Source: Andalucia godoyi And28
Lineage: Eukaryota > Protista > Jakobida
Reading direction: 5' to 3'
NCBI GenBank assembly: GCA_009859145.1
Contig: VRVR01000045.1
Coordinates: 177,940-241,939 of the forward strand
DNA length: 64,000 bases
Below are positions 20,928 to 32,151 of this stretch, in pieces (the stretch's first letter is position 1; each line of letters opens with the position of its first letter). The translations under genes and the position numbers were made by a program. Under the pieces are notes generated by a model, which did not search any database, had not been told where the DNA came from, and saw nothing but the letters and a program-made list of their open reading frames with translations.

Positions 20928-23113
20928 ATTACATAACCTTGAATGTATCGACTTACATCAGCTGTGATGTTTTCGTGGGGTTTCACAGACGAATGCAGAC
21001 ATGCATTGCGCATCCGTATCCCGTCTGGATGAATCGCAAGCACAATCCTCGCGGCTTCAGACTGTTCAACTACTGCCAGTTGTTGTAGACGCCCGATATC
21101 ACGGTTCTTTTTAAATGCAGTGAGGCTCTTAATCGAAGAGTACAGTGTGGACCGGACAAATTGCAGAGCGAAATTGAGTTGATGTCTTTGTGCTTTGAGA
21201 CACCATTATCGAATCCAGTGAATCAGAAACTAGGCAAGTGATGACTGAAAACGATGCCTGCTGAAAAAGAATTCCTCCAGAGCCGGTTATCAAATGCTCG
21301 GGTGGCTTCTGAAAGTTCAAGGATCACGGATGAACACCATCCGGCCTCCAGCCATGGCAGCGTTTCCCGTGACACGTTTACGAATGGCTGTCACTTTCGA
21401 ATACGAATCTCTGCATTTTGAACATTTTCAAGCACATTCATGAATAGTCATCGAATCTGAAGTCTTTCGTTTTCCAAAATTATCTTTTATTGCGACCGCT
21501 GATGTTCCAATGGAGCGTCAAGCTTCAGAGTTTGGAACTTCACTACTTGGATGAACTGACAGAGAGATCTCTGGGCCTACGATTTTCGATGATAGAGCCT
21601 ATTGTAACGATCACGATACAGGAGGATTCTGTGTTGGAAGATGACAATCCAGGCATTTTGGTGGAGTTGTTTCCCCTTTCAGAACTCGATCCGTGGTATT
21701 CCGACGTCGTGCTGGTTGTTGATCTTCCGGTGGATTGCATAACGCGGTTTCATCTTTCTGGATCGTCAGCGATACTATCTGTTACCTTGATGCAGGTTTC
21801 GGATGGACGATGTATGAATCTAACATATTCTTCTTTTTCTGAATCGGTGGTTATGCGGAAGGAAGCGCGAATCCCTATTTTCACAATGACTAGCAGATAT
21901 GAACTGCCTTCTTGCCAGTGAGCCACTTGAAAGGTATGTGCTTTGTAGATGCTCGATATGGAATTCCTAAAGCGAGCTTCTGACGAAAGACTAATTGTTT
22001 GATTCAGAAGAATGGAGCGCATTCAGAATTTTCCACATATTTCTCGTTTAGCACACAGCCCTTGTACAATATTAGAAATTAGACTAAAAAATCCAAGAGC
22101 GCAAAACCGTCCGTTTGGCATAGTGCAGTGCCATTTGTTCAGCAGTAACTCTGATGAACAGAGACACGATCTGATAGCTTCGACTAATAATACCTGAAAA
22201 GAGTCAGCCAGGGTTTCCTTTGTTGCCGCCGTAGGTTCTGATACAATGCCACACGATGATTTTTTCACAACTTCAAGGGTTGTAAACAACACTCTTCTGC
22301 CTGTCCCTATAGTACCATTACGTGTACGACGTCGCTCTTGATTGATTCAAATCGAGACCACGGAGGACGAAATTCAGTATGATACGCGATCTTTCGAAAA
22401 CATAGTGTGAATCTCTGTATGATTCCAGCAATTGTTGAATATCACGAATTAATTGTATCATCTCATCATCAAAGCGTTCTTTTAGATTTAGTGAGTTTGC
22501 TTTCTACAAGTGTCCCAGATTTCCTGGGTAGACTGGTGGTTAGCAGCACCAACGGACGTTCAACAAATGATTTCAGTTTTGATGTTTTCTTCAAATTTGA
22601 AACTCTCTTCTTTCATTAATCCATCAATTCCCGGTACGAATCCAAAACGTTTCGTATGGTATTACATGCATCTTAACGAAAATCTCTCCAATGTTTCAGA
22701 TATTCATGCTGTTCTTTGATTGAATCTTTTGCAACAGAACCACACACTGCTAATTGACAGTCATGTTTTAAAATGCTGGTAATGGCGGCATCGATCGACC
22801 AGCGGAAAACGAAACTTGAAAGTCTGGAAAATATTTCGACAAAACCTGGCCTGCTAGTGCTCTGCTGACTTTTTTGTTTGCTTCCCTCAATCTTGAAACA
22901 CAAGGAGAATGCCTTTTGTTTGTTCGATGGTGGCACAAATCCGACTGGTGTTATGTGGGGCACTGTTTGAGAGAATTCGGATGGATTTTATTCCTCACAG
23001 AAAGCAATACGTCAATACCTCTTCAAACTTTTTAATGGTCAAAGAAAACTGATCAGTACGATAGTCTTGTCGATCTGAAGGCTTGCGTAACTTGATCGAT
23101 TCTCCAGGAATGT

Positions 23114-26100
23114 TTACCGGTTTCGACTCCTTAACCGACGTTGCTGCCGAGAGACATGCTGTTCACCAGCAGGAACAGACTCCTCTGGAACTTGCACAGC
23201 ACGGGTAGTTCCAGATTCTTCCTTACTCCACAGGTGTAAATATGAGTGTCGGCTTTGGCTGTTGGGACTCGTCAGGAAATCAACATCGACATCCTGCCCC
23301 ATTGCTTTCCATCCGGTTCCCAGCATGGAAAAGCGAGTTCTGTCATTCACATCCTGTACAGAGGACTCGGAAGCATTTGTAACAATTGAAACCTCCTCAA
23401 TCAGCAATGCATCGTTCTCGATCGTTTCGACAGCGGAATTCTTTTCGTCGCCATCCTTTGGCATATAAGGAATTCCAATTGCATACAACTTCAGTTCATC
23501 CAATTCTCCATTTGCATTGGGAAAAATTTCAAACCTGCAAAAGCTTTTGAAGTTTGGAGAAGCCAACGAACTGAACGTACCGTTAACATCCCATTCCTTG
23601 TGAAACATATGTGACAGTGCCCATAAGCACGTGACTGTGTTTCCAATTATCCCTCCGACGACAGCAATAGCCAGACCACTGAGAAGTAGCCGAACAACCT
23701 TTTCCGCTCCAATAAAAGAAACAGAACAATAAATGATCAATTGACCGAGACATTTTCTCAGGATTGAGCAAAAGACATGAATTTTGTTATCCTCACTCCA
23801 CTTCAAAGACTCGTCCTCTCTGCTGACGCGCATTGGAAGAAGCATGATGAGCATTTCGAAAATGAGTCCATCCAATGGAAAGACAGGTTCTGCTACATGA
23901 CCGCACGTTGTAACGACAGAGCATACGATTTTCTGCCTTAGGAAGTAGATCCAAGCGAGGTACCCCTCAATGTTCACCCCTTGATTAATAATCAAGTGAC
24001 ATGCAAACGACGCAGTTAACGGGCAAATCACGCAAACTACTTGATAATGATGCTCTTTTTTCATCTTCCGAAGAAGAACAAGACAAGAAACAATGCAAAT
24101 GGCAATCAGAACGGGAATTGAGAAAATAATGTGGAAGATGCCGAAAACTTTTGACAACAATGCGGATGCAATAGCAGCGATTGAAATAACTCCTGAACGC
24201 CATTTCATCGCAGATATTCGCTCCATTGAAGAAATTCGCCGTAGTGAAAACGAGAGGAACAATCTTGCAGAACATATTAAAAACACACAAATACCTACTA
24301 AAGAGCCACCTATCATCATTGGAGGTGCAATGTGGCGAACCACTCCGGACATTGCGTAAGATGCCGGGAATGCTACAAAAATGTAACTACAGACACCGAA
24401 AAACGAGTGCAAGAGAATCAAGTAAACAACATGGAGATCGATTGTGAACCTTCGATGGAATGATACCAGTGTCAACGCTGTTGCAATTAAAGCACCGATG
24501 ACCGCTGGGACGGAAGTCAGTACCGCAAAAAGTAGATCCGTTCGAAGAACTTCTCCCTTTCCGCGATCGAGTTCAAATACGCCCCGAACACCACTGGCAA
24601 TTAACAGATACGATATCCCCATCACTAGCGTATACGTTGGCTGAATTAAAGGTAAAGCAAGCAACAACCACGTATGCACTTCGGAGCAACATTTCTTTGG
24701 AAACAATTGAAATTTTGTTGAGCCCTTAAACCTCTTGAGAGTTAGATGTTCCCTGTCTCCATTCAAACTTGAAATGTAATGACACTTCGAATCGCCGAGT
24801 TGTGCACAGTTAGTGGAATTGGCAACCGACGAGTCGGAGAATTGTGAAGATCTGAGTATCCAATCGAATTCGAATTCTTCCAAGAGACGATGTGTGGGAT
24901 GCATAAACGAACCACCACCACCACAAGTGACAAAATGGCATTGAGCTGTGGATTCCTCACTTGGCCTGGCACTTGTACTTCCTGCTCGGAGTAGTGCTTC
25001 GTAGCGAGAATAATGATGTACATCTCCAGCGACAACTGCATCAATATGCACATCGTAAAGGGGATTTGACGTACACCAACAAAGAGTTTGAAAGAAACTC
25101 TCTAGATGCGTATTGTAGTATGAAAACTTCTCCAAGTCATCCCTTGAGCTAAGGTCATTTTTCATACGAACCGATTCTCCATCTTTTCCAATGAGCCAAA
25201 ATGGGCTATGCACGAATACCACAACATGTATGATTCGGAAGCCTGGGTTTGCTTCGGGTTGGTTTCCCTTTGATCTCCTTCTTTTCCTTTCGTTGTCGTC
25301 CAGAGTTTTCCGAAGATCATGGGCTGCACAAACCTGTTCTTCTGAAATGTCCCAGTTCAAGTCCATGTCAAGACCAATAAAATACAGGTTATTCAAGACT
25401 TCTAATATCCAGTACGTGCGGTCCTGTTCCATAGTAAATCTGGGAGCCATGTTAGGTTTGCCAGCTTCCTTTTCTGGAGATGGAAAGAAGTCTGTCCGGC
25501 AAACAAACTTCTCAAAGACCTTGGGACCAGCAAAATGGTCATGATTCCCAGGAATAAAGAAGGCCTTTCGATTCTTTGATGAAGTTGAATTTTCGAAACC
25601 ACCAAAAGCGCTTCTGAAAGGATCTTCCATGCGGGAAAAGTTCTCTTCGGACAAATAGGGATAACACAGATCGCCTCCAAAAATAACAATATCCGCTCCA
25701 GAAAGGTTCTTCTTTGAATCAAGTTCTTCTGTGTGAGGAAACGATTCACTCAACAAACAGTTGAGACCGCATTTGTCATCGCTTGTTTGCCTGTTTTGCA
25801 ACTCCAATGTATCAGCAAGGACCAATGCAGCAATGGCAAAACTTGGTACAAACCCATCACCAGTGTCTGCGACGAAATCGATAACAATCTTACTTGGCGG
25901 CTTCGCATTTCCTTTGCTGACAGCAGTCATGGCAGGTTGCAGATTGAAGTTCACCAACCCAGATTGAGGAGAAGATCGATGCTGTTCGATGATCTTCGAC
26001 CAAAACGCTTGAAACCCTGTGAGAGTCAGAGTCGTAGGATCAAACCACAAGCTCATGGAACGCTTGCGAGGTAGATTTTCCACCACTGAGGTTCCAAAAA

Positions 26101-27571
26101 TAAGGGTTAAAAACACCAAGAAGATGCAATTGAGAAGCGAAGAAACGTCAGGTTCGACATCAAGGTAGGATATCCCCTGACAGCCTAGAGTCTGTTCTTC
26201 AGGAAGAGCCCAGTTATGACGCAATCTCAAACGATCATGCTTTCCACTCCAATAACCTCCCGTACCATCTGTGATATCCGTCAGCATGCGTAACATAATC
26301 AAAAACATTGCAAACATCAATGCAATGGCGAAACTGAGCCTTCGTGACAGAGATTTCTTGGACTTCAGACTAGGAAACAGAGAAAAGAGCTCCGATAATC
26401 CCAAGAAAGAGAGTCCCATAGCGCAATTCCGTTCAAAAATGGACAGCGTAAGGAAATACCACGATGAAGACATCCAGAATGAGAGGATAGCAACTAGTAA
26501 ATGAGGAACCATTATGAATAGTACACCAATGACAGTCCACTGGTACTTCCTCACGCTCATCACTTCTATGAGGGATTCTGCTTCGAAGCTTACAAAGCAA
26601 ATCACATAGATAGTTGACAAATACAAATCAAGAACCAAAGCAAAAAAGAAACAAAGTGCCATGAGCAACAAGCGAAATCGCGAATACTGAAGTATGTTTT
26701 CTTTTTTTTCTTCAGATTTTTCGAGCTGACGATTTCTCCAAACGTTAAAAAGAATAAAACAAACACAAAAGGCATTTGGAATGTCAATGCTTAGCCGCAG
26801 CCCGTGACAGAACAACAAGCCAACGATGCTACTCAGAGCTGGAGTCAGTTCGGGTTTCAGAATAGCAAAGAACGCCATGAACATCAGAACTACCAAACTC
26901 AACCAATGGTGTAACAAAAGGAACATTCCAGACCAGAAATCATGACAACCGTGTCTAACAGTTTCATTCGAAATGGAAGTGTATAGAAGGGCGAACCAGA
27001 TCCCTCCCAGTCGTTCATTCCCAGAAGGCTTCGTTCCTCGCCACAGAAAAGCATCTGCATGAAGGACCCCGAATATCCAGGCAACATTAGATAAAAATGC
27101 TGCAAATTGTACATGTTCTTGATTGAAATCAACAATTCCAAAGTAACCGCTAATATTCTTCAAGGATTGTGAAAGAAGTTTGTCTTGCAGCACTGCTGTT
27201 GATAAAGAGACAGCCCTGAACTGTTTGACTGCTTCTGCCAATGGGACAAAACTGCAGTTGTCCTTTGATACTTGAGGAAGAGAATTCCACTCACGGATCT
27301 GCCTTGTATCATTATAAGAGAAGGAGACGAGGGGATTCAGATCAGCATTGTAGACAAATTCAGCAACATGACGCTGATTGAACAAGCTTTCATTGACCCG
27401 CATAACCTCATTTCTATGAGTGACATCGGAAAGGTCCATTTTCCTCACCGAGTACGAATGCCACAGCATTGGTTCGTGTTTGGCCGCCAGCGCCACATAA
27501 ACCAAGCAAATACAGATCATCGGCGCCCATATGACGAATTTGAGAGAAAAACTCTCTTGCGAAGGTGACAT
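23114..27571 (-). CDS. Multi-pass membrane calcineurin-like metallophosphoesterase
   Basis: Motifs DFVADTGDG, FGGDLCYP, IPGNHD, FVHSP, AGDVHHY and CGGGGSFMHPTH, with many TM segments on both sides. Confidence 0.88.
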   Translation of the reverse strand: MSPSQESFSLKFVIWAPMICICLVYVALAAKHEPMLWHSYSVRKMDLSDVTHRNEVMRVNESLFNQRHVAEFVYNADLNPLVSFSYNDTRQIREWNSLPQVSKDNCSFVPLAEAVKQFRAVSLSTAVLQDKLLSQSLKNISGYFGIVDFNQEHVQFAAFLSNVAWIFGVLHADAFLWRGTKPSGNERLGGIWFALLYTSISNETVRHGCHDFWSGMFLLLHHWLSLVVLMFMAFFAILKPELTPALSSIVGLLFCHGLRLSIDIPNAFCVCFILFNVWRNRQLEKSEEKKENILQYSRFRLLLMALCFFFALVLDLYLSTIYVICFVSFEAESLIEVMSVRKYQWTVIGVLFIMVPHLLVAILSFWMSSSWYFLTLSIFERNCAMGLSFLGLSELFSLFPSLKSKKSLSRRLSFAIALMFAMFLIMLRMLTDITDGTGGYWSGKHDRLRLRHNWALPEEQTLGCQGISYLDVEPDVSSLLNCIFLVFLTLIFGTSVVENLPRKRSMSLWFDPTTLTLTGFQAFWSKIIEQHRSSPQSGLVNFNLQPAMTAVSKGNAKPPSKIVIDFVADTGDGFVPSFAIAALVLADTLELQNRQTSDDKCGLNCLLSESFPHTEELDSKKNLSGADIVIFGGDLCYPYLSEENFSRMEDPFRSAFGGFENSTSSKNRKAFFIPGNHDHFAGPKVFEKFVCRTDFFPSPEKEAGKPNMAPRFTMEQDRTYWILEVLNNLYFIGLDMDLNWDISEEQVCAAHDLRKTLDDNERKRRRSKGNQPEANPGFRIIHVVVFVHSPFWLIGKDGESVRMKNDLSSRDDLEKFSYYNTHLESFFQTLCWCTSNPLYDVHIDAVVAGDVHHYSRYEALLRAGSTSARPSEESTAQCHFVTCGGGGSFMHPTHRLLEEFEFDWILRSSQFSDSSVANSTNCAQLGDSKCHYISSLNGDREHLTLKRFKGSTKFQLFPKKCCSEVHTWLLLALPLIQPTYTLVMGISYLLIASGVRGVFELDRGKGEVLRTDLLFAVLTSVPAVIGALIATALTLVSFHRRFTIDLHVVYLILLHSFFGVCSYIFVAFPASYAMSGVVRHIAPPMMIGGSLVGICVFLICSARLFLSFSLRRISSMERISAMKWRSGVISIAAIASALLSKVFGIFHIIFSIPVLIAICIVSCLVLLRKMKKEHHYQVVCVICPLTASFACHLIINQGVNIEGYLAWIYFLRQKIVCSVVTTCGHVAEPVFPLDGLIFEMLIMLLPMRVSREDESLKWSEDNKIHVFCSILRKCLGQLIIYCSVSFIGAEKVVRLLLSGLAIAVVGGIIGNTVTCLWALSHMFHKEWDVNGTFSSLASPNFKSFCRFEIFPNANGELDELKLYAIGIPYMPKDGDEKNSAVETIENDALLIEEVSIVTNASESSVQDVNDRTRFSMLGTGWKAMGQDVDVDFLTSPNSQSRHSYLHLWSKEESGTTRAVQVPEESVPAGEQHVSRQQRRLRSRNR

Positions 27572-28224
27572 GGCCCCGATGATGACTGATTCAATCGTAC
27601 ATATGGGATTCCAAACAAAGAACAGAGATGCAATGACAGACTATCATATGCTGGAAAAGACTTTACAACATAGATTGCAATCCAAGGAAGGCACAGATTA
27701 GGTCACTTTTCAGAGGACTTCGAAATCACTTGAACTTTGGGGCCGGGTGCAGAACGCTTTGTTACATTTCGGATCTCGGAAACTCCGATTTTGATGGACA
27801 AGTCTGCTTGTATAACAGTTTTTGTCCATCAAAACAAGCAGTTTCACGAAGCGCCAAAGCAGCGCATCGTAGGGTATTGCTGCTACCGACCCCGGGAAAG
27901 CTGACGTTTGGAGACTGTAAAAGCTGATCAGTAAAACCTACAATCTTGGGTTTCACGATCATCTTTGCCAGAGAGTTGTTGAGCAGCATACTGAATTCAG
28001 ATGATACAGATTCTCAACTCATATATACGGTTTTGTCGGCATTTCGACAGGAGACTTTTATTTGGCCATCAGCGACATACTGTTCGTCTACAGAGAAGCA
28101 AAAGAAAGCTCATCAGCCCAAGCGCGCAAGGAAGCGACCATTTGACTGTGTTGCACTTGTTTCTTCATTTTCATTTTCATTCTCAGTATTGACCATTTAA
28201 ATTCTCCAAGAGCATTTGCTGAAC

Positions 28225-28806
28225 ATGGATAAAAACAAGCGAAGGTGGTATAACGAACTGGTCGGAAACTATTCCGTACCCTCCGCCTCGCTGAAACCTA
28301 CACATCATGCAATCCAGCGAGCGCGCGAGCGTGGCATCCCTGTCGAAGAATTGTCGAAACGAAACAGCTACATCAACGCCTTTACGGACCGAGTTGTGTC
28401 GAACCGTCCGAACGGTGCCACAGTGGTGCTTACCGCGTATGCTAGGAAGCAAAAGCTTTCTCGTGAGGATCATCGACGAAAGGTTGCAGCGCAAACTTGG
28501 AGTGCACATGCCCGGCAATTTCGCATTCCGGAAGAGGAAATCCCTCGGCTCATTGGCACGCAGGGGTCAACGATCAAAGAACTTCAAAGACGGTACAAGA
28601 CGCAAAATGTGAATATCATGTTTGCCGATGCAGTCTTGCATGTGGACCCTGGGAAGGAGAATTTCAGTTGGCAGGCGTTTCGTCAAGAGTTCCGCAGACT
28701 GCGCATTCACGTTAATCTGGTGGATGCTCTTCGGAATAACGGAACCAATGAACAAAATGATCTCGAATGTCGAACTCTTTCTCCAGAAGAAAGTACAGAA
28801 CAGTGA
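28225..28806 (+). CDS. DUF4258-like (RelE/BrnT-related putative RNase) domain fused to a KH RNA-binding domain
   Basis: THHAIQRARERGI...VVLTAY matches the DUF4258 pattern (HA..R..ER.I...VVT.Y). IPEEEIPRLIGTQGSTIKELQRRY is a KH GxxG loop. First ATG at 28225. Confidence 0.7.
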   Translation: MDKNKRRWYNELVGNYSVPSASLKPTHHAIQRARERGIPVEELSKRNSYINAFTDRVVSNRPNGATVVLTAYARKQKLSREDHRRKVAAQTWSAHARQFRIPEEEIPRLIGTQGSTIKELQRRYKTQNVNIMFADAVLHVDPGKENFSWQAFRQEFRRLRIHVNLVDALRNNGTNEQNDLECRTLSPEESTEQ

Positions 28807-29243
28807 ATATGTAATCGTCTTTCAATTATGTAATCATAAGAAGAGACGACGCACTGAAATAAGTCTCCTCTGCGAATTGACTGGCAGAATATTCTTTGCT
28901 GTAAAATAATGTTCAGAGAAAAAGGAGCGGATCCCTAACCCCGCATCCCCTAGAACATGTATACCTGAACTCTCAACAGAGTGCTAGGAGAATGTTTGGC
29001 GTTCAATAACCCAGCCACGCTTAAATCCACGAGTCGCATCGCATTTCCAATTCACAATTCAAATTTTCGTGAAAGAACAGCAAAAGAAGAAGTCGGGCGA
29101 GTCTTTTTTGCGTTCGACTTGTTCATTGCATCACTTGATACAGCTTCAGAATTGGCTTCTTTTGGGACTGGGAGCAGAAAGACGACTGCAGAACACTTCT
29201 TCATTCTTGTCGTCAAGGCGAATGTTTATTTGTTTCTGAACAC

Positions 29244-29789
29244 ATGATGTGCGTCGCTCGTCTGTTCGGTCTCTCCACGGATCATGATGTGATCCACGGT
29301 CAGTTGTCTCTATTAAAAGAAAACCTAGAAGAACTCCGCAAGCGATGTCGAATGACTTCAAAGATCCACTACAATACGAGCGAGTTTTACGGATTGATGG
29401 AGCACGGACTTGGCCTATTGAGTGTTGTTGGAATTGCGCTTTTGCAGTCTCCCTGGATTGATAAAACATCTCTTGCCAAAAAACGGGCAGTTGCATTTGT
29501 GACCGCTACAGCAGCGTTAGCGTATGTCAAACCTCAGGGCTGGGGAAGACAACACCATTCTGCTGGTGTTAGCTACGGTGCATTAGAACGCAAGGCTCGT
29601 GAACTGGAAACCGATATTGATTTTTTTATTGGGAGACAGCCAACAGCAAGCGACCGGCATGATATGGCTGATCGAATACGTATATTGTGGGACTCTAAAG
29701 AGAAGTTGGACATGAATTCTCCCATCGCTTCCGAAGTCTTCAAATCGTATACTGCACGACAGTTAAAAGGCAAATCCTTGGATAAATGA
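29244..29789 (+). CDS. SLATT-like two-TM effector protein
   Basis: N-terminal helix with H, TM1 (HGLGLLSVVGIALL), TM2 (AVAFVTATAALAYV), then GRQHHSAGVSYGALERK matching the SLATT H..AG..Y..L.R motif, and a late NSPI motif. Confidence 0.72.
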   Translation: MMCVARLFGLSTDHDVIHGQLSLLKENLEELRKRCRMTSKIHYNTSEFYGLMEHGLGLLSVVGIALLQSPWIDKTSLAKKRAVAFVTATAALAYVKPQGWGRQHHSAGVSYGALERKARELETDIDFFIGRQPTASDRHDMADRIRILWDSKEKLDMNSPIASEVFKSYTARQLKGKSLDK

Positions 29790-30180
29790 GCAATCTATTG
29801 TTGATAAACCGATAGGGTCTTCGTTATAAGTTTCAAAGATTCTTCAGTTATTCATATAAAATACAAATCTTATTATGAAACCAAAACCTTCCTTGTACGT
29901 CAGAGCTCAGAAGTCCGTACAGCAAGAATCGTTGTTATGATTCTCTTGGCCAGTCTTGAATTTGAAGGCCTGTCTAGCAATTTTATCTGCTAAAAGATTA
30001 TGGCATTAGGAATTGACTCGAAATTATCATGTATTAGCAAGATGAACGTATTGAAAGTCACAAAAAGACTCTGCAGCGATGAACTGCCCACTTTCTTGTT
30101 GTACGCCCAAATCGGTGGGTCCACAGATCATTGAAGAGTTCTGTACGGCATGCCAATTACCAACCCTCGTATACGAAACT

Positions 30181-31104
30181 TTAAGACAGATCTTCAACTG
30201 CCCACCGCAAAGGAACTTTTGAAGAGAACACGATGCGATCATGGACATACGGATCCAGAAAATGTCCTTTGCCGATCAACTGGTTCAGCTGTTCGATGAT
30301 AGCATTAATTTGCTTATGATTGAATTTAGACCGCGTTTGCAAGAGCACTTCCGCCACAACAAAGCGAATGACAAAACTCGATACATTGTGACTGTTCGCC
30401 CAGTCATGTTTGGCGCTTATGTACTTCACTGCACGAACAAGGTCCCGATAGCCTAAAATCTTGTTAGAAGGATCTCTTGCAAATTCGCGATCCAAATCCA
30501 TCACTATGCGCATATCTTTCATCGTTGGATTTGCTTCCCATTCAGTGCCATTGGGAATCACGTGGTGGTGATCACCGTTCTCATCTTTGTACATGAAGGC
30601 GGGAATCACATCATAATTCCGCTTGGGATGTCCCATGCCTTCAATGCGTGCTCCGCGAGAAGTAGGCGAAACTTTGTGAACGCTATCCCACTTTTTCATG
30701 ACTTCGCACACAATGCTATGCATCCAGGAAGCAATAGACCCGCTCGATAAAGGCTTAAAACGATGATCGCCATCCAGGTTACTGTTAGAACCAGACGGTC
30801 CTCGGAGAGGCATATTTTCCCACTTCAACCCATTACCGTTTAATACAACATACACATCAATATCATGCACAACTCGATTTGTCAGACGATGAAAAAGGCT
30901 TCCATGTTTCGAAAAGGATGCGTCATCGGAGGGAGACAAGAGGGCTTTTCCGTCTGCGAGGATGGCATTTCGAATTTGCGCCAACAGCCACTGACGCTGT
31001 CGTTTCGCTTGTCTGGTATTGTCTCGATTGGCGATCACGGGAGAAGAGGTCACAAGATGGTAGACATCTTCGCTCAGCTTCTTCTGGCTGATGCTTGCTT
31101 GCAT
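30181..31104 (-). CDS. cGAS/DncV-like nucleotidyltransferase (CD-NTase/SMODS family)
   Basis: Pol-beta triad HGS-x11-DID...YDVIPAF. Also HVIPNGTEWEANP (cf. Y.IP...W..TNP), RDLVRAVKY (cf. LVRLLK.W), VSSFVIR (cf. L.S..lE) and FLDPY. Confidence 0.85.
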   Translation of the reverse strand: MQASISQKKLSEDVYHLVTSSPVIANRDNTRQAKRQRQWLLAQIRNAILADGKALLSPSDDASFSKHGSLFHRLTNRVVHDIDVYVVLNGNGLKWENMPLRGPSGSNSNLDGDHRFKPLSSGSIASWMHSIVCEVMKKWDSVHKVSPTSRGARIEGMGHPKRNYDVIPAFMYKDENGDHHHVIPNGTEWEANPTMKDMRIVMDLDREFARDPSNKILGYRDLVRAVKYISAKHDWANSHNVSSFVIRFVVAEVLLQTRSKFNHKQINAIIEQLNQLIGKGHFLDPYVHDRIVFSSKVPLRWAVEDLS

Positions 31105-32151
31105 TGAAACTCCAATTTATTTAATAAAGAATGTTACCCGGATTCGTAGTAATTTGCGAGACCTTATTCAAAGGTGTGTTCCCAACGCGAAGTCCAGGCT
31201 GTGCTCTTTGAAAGAGGAGAAATGCTCAAGATGATGCAAACACTTGAGACTAGCACTTTGCCAGAGAAGAAAGGACAAGACTTCGAATTGGACTTCGTCC
31301 TTGCAGCTCCTTTTGGACATTTTTTATTTCTTTTTCTAGACATTTTCGACAAATTCTCCTTGTCTGCATTTCATCATAGTGATAGCTTTCGATGAAGGGG
31401 ATGAGTCAGTGGAACAACCAGAGCCAGCACGATTGACTTGCACAATGTTCTTGTCAAGCCACATTCAAAGAGATTGTCCTGATGTGGCAGGCGAGATCCA
31501 TCCAGGCGACGTATCCTCTGTCACAGATCACTGCGCCACACAAGGAGTGACCAAGCACCTCGGATCAACAGCACGTCCACCGCCAGATGTACTGGAAATG
31601 CAGCTCGAGCAGAAATTGTCGGCGTTCTTTTGATTGCTTCTCTTCAACGTTTTCCCGCAGTATAAGGACGCAAATGGAGCAAGCGGAGGCTATGTACACT
31701 GTGAATCAGGATCCTCTCTTGCGCATGCAGGCCGTCGCGTCGAACATGCACAAACTGCACATCCCGTTCAGTCCACGACAGCCTGAACACAGTGATTTGT
31801 GGAGTTGCACCATCGTTGCAAGTCTTTGATCCTTCAGAAATGCACGTCCTGCATTATCAGTAAACGGCTTTGAGGGTGACTGCAGCACTCGAATCCATGA
31901 TTTCATAAAGTATACCCCAACAACCAATCCAACTTCTTCCTATTGCATACCAAACACGAAAATGAAAAACCTGTTGCACACGTTTGCGGAGCCTCGCGAG
32001 CAGCACCTGAAAAGACTCGCACTTGAAACAACAACTAGGACCTCAACAGACTCAAGTGCCGGAGCTTTGATTTTCTTGTGAAACCGCAAGACGACGTGCC
32101 CGCACGAACTTTTTTGACATCTTTGTACCATTTGCTCAACTTAATGGAGCA

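Noticed and set aside
16485-21452. 11-bp direct repeat GAATAGTCATC (16485-16495 and 21442-21452) as the MULE target-site duplication
   Set aside because: The actual TIRs lie at ~16302 and ~20927, so one copy is inside the element. A match of this length within such a search space can arise by chance.
21490-23000. Short ORFs between the MULE and the phosphoesterase
   Set aside because: Non-ATG or short frames with no recognisable domains; possibly decayed sequence.
28981-29247. ATGA stop/start overlap with the SLATT-like gene as bacterial translational coupling
   Set aside because: The upstream 88-codon GTG ORF has no recognisable features, so the overlap is plausibly chance.
31164-31930. 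A sixth gene inside the defence cluster
   Set aside because: All frames are broken by stops, with no motif or convincing splice pattern.
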